Shown here one piece after another: positions 60,860 to 64,000 of a stretch of 64,000 nt of DNA. The DNA is from an uncultured Campylobacter sp. (GTDB taxonomy: Bacteria; Campylobacterota; Campylobacteria; Campylobacterales; Campylobacteraceae). Where the stretch lies: NCBI RefSeq assembly GCF_963517995.1, contig NZ_CAUQHQ010000001.1, positions 583 to 64,582 on the forward strand. Reading direction: 5' to 3'. The notes beneath the pieces are model-generated. The model worked only from the letters and a program-made list of their open reading frames with translations. It was not told the DNA's origin and made no database searches. The first letter of the stretch is position 1. The number at the start of each line of letters is the position of its first letter. Both the position numbers and the translations under genes were made by a program.

Positions 60860-61527
60860 TTAAACCGGTTGGAGGTTTCTAGAGTCGTAAAATTTGATCA
60901 TCCATGGTGCGTCCGCGACGTCCGTGCCCGGCTTTGCCACAAAATACTCACGCACCGCGGCGTAGTCTGATTTTGAGATGAAATAAATATTTATAACGCC
61001 AGTCTCGCTAAACATGGCAAGGTTGCAAAAGTAGCTTAAAATTACGTCCTTATCAAAGGCTCTGAGCACGCATTTGGCGAAAAAATCAGCGCATAAAAAA
61101 TAAATGCGGCCAAGACGAACATAAACGGGATCACTACCGCGGAAAGCGGATTTTTCGGTATCGCTCCTAAAATTTGATAGGGCGATTTTCGCATTTGGGC
61201 GATATCTGCCAAATTTATCGTTACTCCCTTTTTGGTTTGGAAAATTTTATCCTCGTAAAGGTAAACGAGCGAGGGATTTTTGAGCTTTTTGATTAAGTCG
61301 GCGGCGGCTAAAACATTTCCAAAAATAACCCCTATAAACATCGAAACAAATCTGCCGTCTCGCATCGCTTCGGCTCTGAAAACCTCCCAAAAGGAGCCGC
61401 TTTGCCAGTCTACTATGCCGCTAAAAAATATCAGAAATATCATAGAAAGGTTAATGATAAGCAAGAAGGCGCAGCTAACTGAGATGCGGTAAAAATCATC
61501 CTGTAAAAACCAGCGGATTTTCGTCAT
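60860..61527 (-). pseudogene. Membrane protein split by a 1-nt frameshift
   Basis: ORFs 61042-61527 and 60860-61069 join (ALIFFAKCVLRAFDKD) if the A6 run at 61080-61085 is A7. Confidence 0.6.
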
Positions 61528-61791
61528 AATTTCTGCTCAAATTTTCTCCTTGTATTGCGCTTGTTTGCGCAAAGATAGCTAAATTTACCGGCATACCTCA
61601 CGCCCTAAATTTAGCCTTTAAAACCGGACGCGCATCTTAAAATAGTTGCGATTTCGTCCGCTTTTTACAAACAAGCTAAACTCCTGCGCCGATTTTGTTT
61701 TGCGGGCGCTTGCCTAGTTTTAGTAAGGCTTTGCCGCTAAATTTAACCTCAAATCAAAAACGCCCTAATCGCGGCAAAACGCCGCAAAGGG

Positions 61792-62439
61792 CTATTTAAA
61801 AACAAAGTCCGCAATGCCTGCAAAGCCGCTTAAAACCTTGCGCGCATCCTCGCTGCCTAGACCGGCGGCTCGTTCTACGAGTTCGTCGCTTTTTTGCTCG
61901 TCCGCGCTCACGCCTACGCCAAGGCCGTAGCAAACGCCCAGCATAAACGTCCCGTCCGCTCCGCCTAGACGCGCGGCGTTAGCAAAGTCCGCAGCAGCAG
62001 CCTTTGGGTCATAAAGCTTGCCTCTGCGCGGATCTAGCCTAACCATGCCGCGGCGATAATACCCATCCGCCGCACGCTCGCTGCCAAGCGCCTCCTGCCG
62101 CTCCAAAGCCTCGCCGATATAGCCTAGCGCGCGCGAATAATCGCTCATCCGCAAAAACAAATAGCCCAAATTTAGCGCTGCTTGGGGTTCGCCGCCGCTT
62201 GCGGAGAGCTTGTAATAGCGCACCGCTCGAACGTAGTCCCCGTAAATCGTCTCGTAAACGTAGCCCGCCTCTAGCTGCGCCTGCGCGTCCGCGCCTTCTG
62301 CGGCTTGCAGAGCAATTTCTAGCGCGGCGCCGTAGTTTTGTTCGTTAAAAAGCCTTAGATACTCGCTTTTAACGGCGTCAAAAAGCTCGCCCGAGGCGAG
62401 ATTTACCGCAAGTATCGTTAGCCAAAGCGCAAGCCTCAC
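61792..62439 (-). CDS. Sel1-like repeat exported protein
   Basis: AAEGADAQAQLEAG, SASGGEPQAALNLG, FMLGVCYGLGVGV. Confidence 0.85.
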   Translation of the reverse strand: MRLALWLTILAVNLASGELFDAVKSEYLRLFNEQNYGAALEIALQAAEGADAQAQLEAGYVYETIYGDYVRAVRYYKLSASGGEPQAALNLGYLFLRMSDYSRALGYIGEALERQEALGSERAADGYYRRGMVRLDPRRGKLYDPKAAAADFANAARLGGADGTFMLGVCYGLGVGVSADEQKSDELVERAAGLGSEDARKVLSGFAGIADFVFK

Positions 62440-62810
62440 CTCTCGTCCTTTAGCGGGCTAAACAGATCCGCAAACATCGGCTCGTAGTTAGCTACGGGCG
62501 CGCCCCCTATCTCGTCGTAGCCGGTTATGACGCCGTCCTCGTCGGTGACGAAAAACGCCGCGTTTAGTTTGCTAGGCGCCACCTCATCGCAAGTCCTCCC
62601 CGGCTCGCCGCTTTTTGCGCTATTTTGCAAATAATAAACCTTAGATCCGTCCTCTCGCATGCAAACGTCGGCAAAATCCGCGCGGTCTACGAGGGTTAGG
62701 ATATGTTGCCCTTTTAGTTGCGCTAGATGCGGATTTGCGTAGTTTTTACCGCTCGCGCAGCCGCTAAGTATTAGCGCGCTTGCAAGCGCGGCTTTCATTA
62801 AATTTCGCAT
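62436..62810 (-). CDS. Hypothetical lipoprotein
   Basis: Lipobox LSGC; overlaps the Sel1 gene. Confidence 0.8.
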   Translation of the reverse strand: MRNLMKAALASALILSGCASGKNYANPHLAQLKGQHILTLVDRADFADVCMREDGSKVYYLQNSAKSGEPGRTCDEVAPSKLNAAFFVTDEDGVITGYDEIGGAPVANYEPMFADLFSPLKDER

Positions 62811-62988
62811 TCTCTTTCCGTTTTATTTGTTTTTTGTTAAATTCGTGAACTCTCGTGCAAATCCGCCCTAAATTTACTTAAAATAGCCGTTTCGCCTATC
62901 GTTTAGGCATTTAGTCGCTGCGCGGATTTAAATTTACCGCCCCGCAAAATCTCGCCGCGCGGCAATTTCATCCTTTGCGCTATTTGGC

Positions 62989-64000
62989 TCAATCTTCTAT
63001 CTCAAAGTAGTAAGAAATGGGCAAAATTCGGCCCTTTTTGTCGATAAACACGTGTTTGTAGTCTACGCTAGCGGCCGTCGCGTCGCCCTCAAAAACGTAT
63101 ATGTCGTCAAATTTCGGTTCTATGGCGACCTTGCCGTCTACGTCTAGGCAACCGCTTTTTCTATTTATGCTGAAATTTAACATTCCGCCGTAAAACTCGT
63201 CAAATATATAGTCGAATTTTTGCGGCTCAAGGATAAATTTACCGCTTTTATCTATAACGCCCCACAGCTCGCCGACCCTCACTACGGCGCGGTCTTCTTT
63301 AAAGTGATTTACTTCGTTAAAACGCGGCTCTATCGCGAAATTTCCGCTTTTGTCTATGAAACCCCATTTGCCGCCTGATTTTACGGCCGCCAGCCCTTCG
63401 CTAAAGAGCGACGCTGATTCAAATTTAGGCTCTATAACGATGTTTGCGCCCTTGTTCACAAAGCCGTAGAGTCCGTTAAATTTTACGGGCGCCAAGCCTT
63501 CCGTAAAAGTTACCGGGCGGCCCAAATTTAGCTTTGAAACGGTAGCGCCGCTTTTGTCTATCACGCTCCATTTGTCGGCAATACGCACCGAGGCTAGCCC
63601 CTCGGAAAAATACGTTGCCTCGTCGTAGCGCGGAGGAATGATAGTTTTGCCGTTTTTATCCACGTAGCCGTATTTCATCCTGCCGTATTTCATCTCGCCT
63701 ACAATCATCGCGCCGTCTCCAAAAGCTATACCCGTATAGTCAAATTTGGGTTCTACTATGATCCTGCACGTTTTGTCTATGAAGCCGAATTTACCGTTTT
63801 TGACGATGGCTGCCAGCCCCTCGGTAAAGCTGGTTGTAAAGCCAAACGCACGGCGAATCTGCCGTTTTCGTCCATAAAAAAGGTCTGTTCGCCTATAAAA
63901 ACCACACAAAGACCGTCGGAAAAGCTTCCCGTGACCATAAAATTTTTACCTACGGCTTTTATGTTGCCGTCTTTATCCACGGCATTGCCGTCCGCAAAAA
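62989..64000 (-). pseudogene. WG/KWG repeat protein, frameshifted near 63845, partial (start beyond the right edge)
   Basis: Repeated F(S/T)EGLA.V....KWGFIDK.G units; upstream repeats (SFSDGLCVV...FMDENG) are in a different frame. Confidence 0.75.

Overview
Chromosomal segment of an epsilonproteobacterium. Gene content, codon style and the AAATTT-saturated spacers point to an oral Campylobacter of the C. showae/C. rectus group (inference). It is mostly housekeeping, transport and metal-homeostasis genes: an RND efflux pair with MarR, an orphan TRAP solute-binding protein, two-subunit class I fumarate hydratase, CorC/HlyC, LemA, two TonB-dependent receptors, periplasmic HMA proteins, ung, xth, mntP, two DMTs, a Zur-type znuA/DUF1007-RcnA/znuC/znuB operon, a di-heme CCP-like gene coupled to a PAS-GGDEF-EAL protein, qNor, molbindin and nifSU. 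These are interspersed with AT-rich orphan genes resembling immunity or lysozyme-inhibitor proteins and several frameshifted or decayed genes. I saw no rRNA, tRNA, CRISPR array, transposase or integrase. The most striking unexplained signal is a family of ~120-nt rod-shaped elements (3 copies). They have compensatory base-pair changes and conserved internal loops (AGTA/GAC) and lie inside the nifS-nifU and znuC-znuB operon spacers. Other leads: a probably non-catalytic CCP-like heme partner for a c-di-GMP phosphodiesterase, secreted HMA proteins upstream of a FusA/YddB-type receptor, a shared palindromic operator at nifSU and norZ, and extreme RAATTY enrichment that extends into coding linkers. 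All family assignments are by eye, with no database search.
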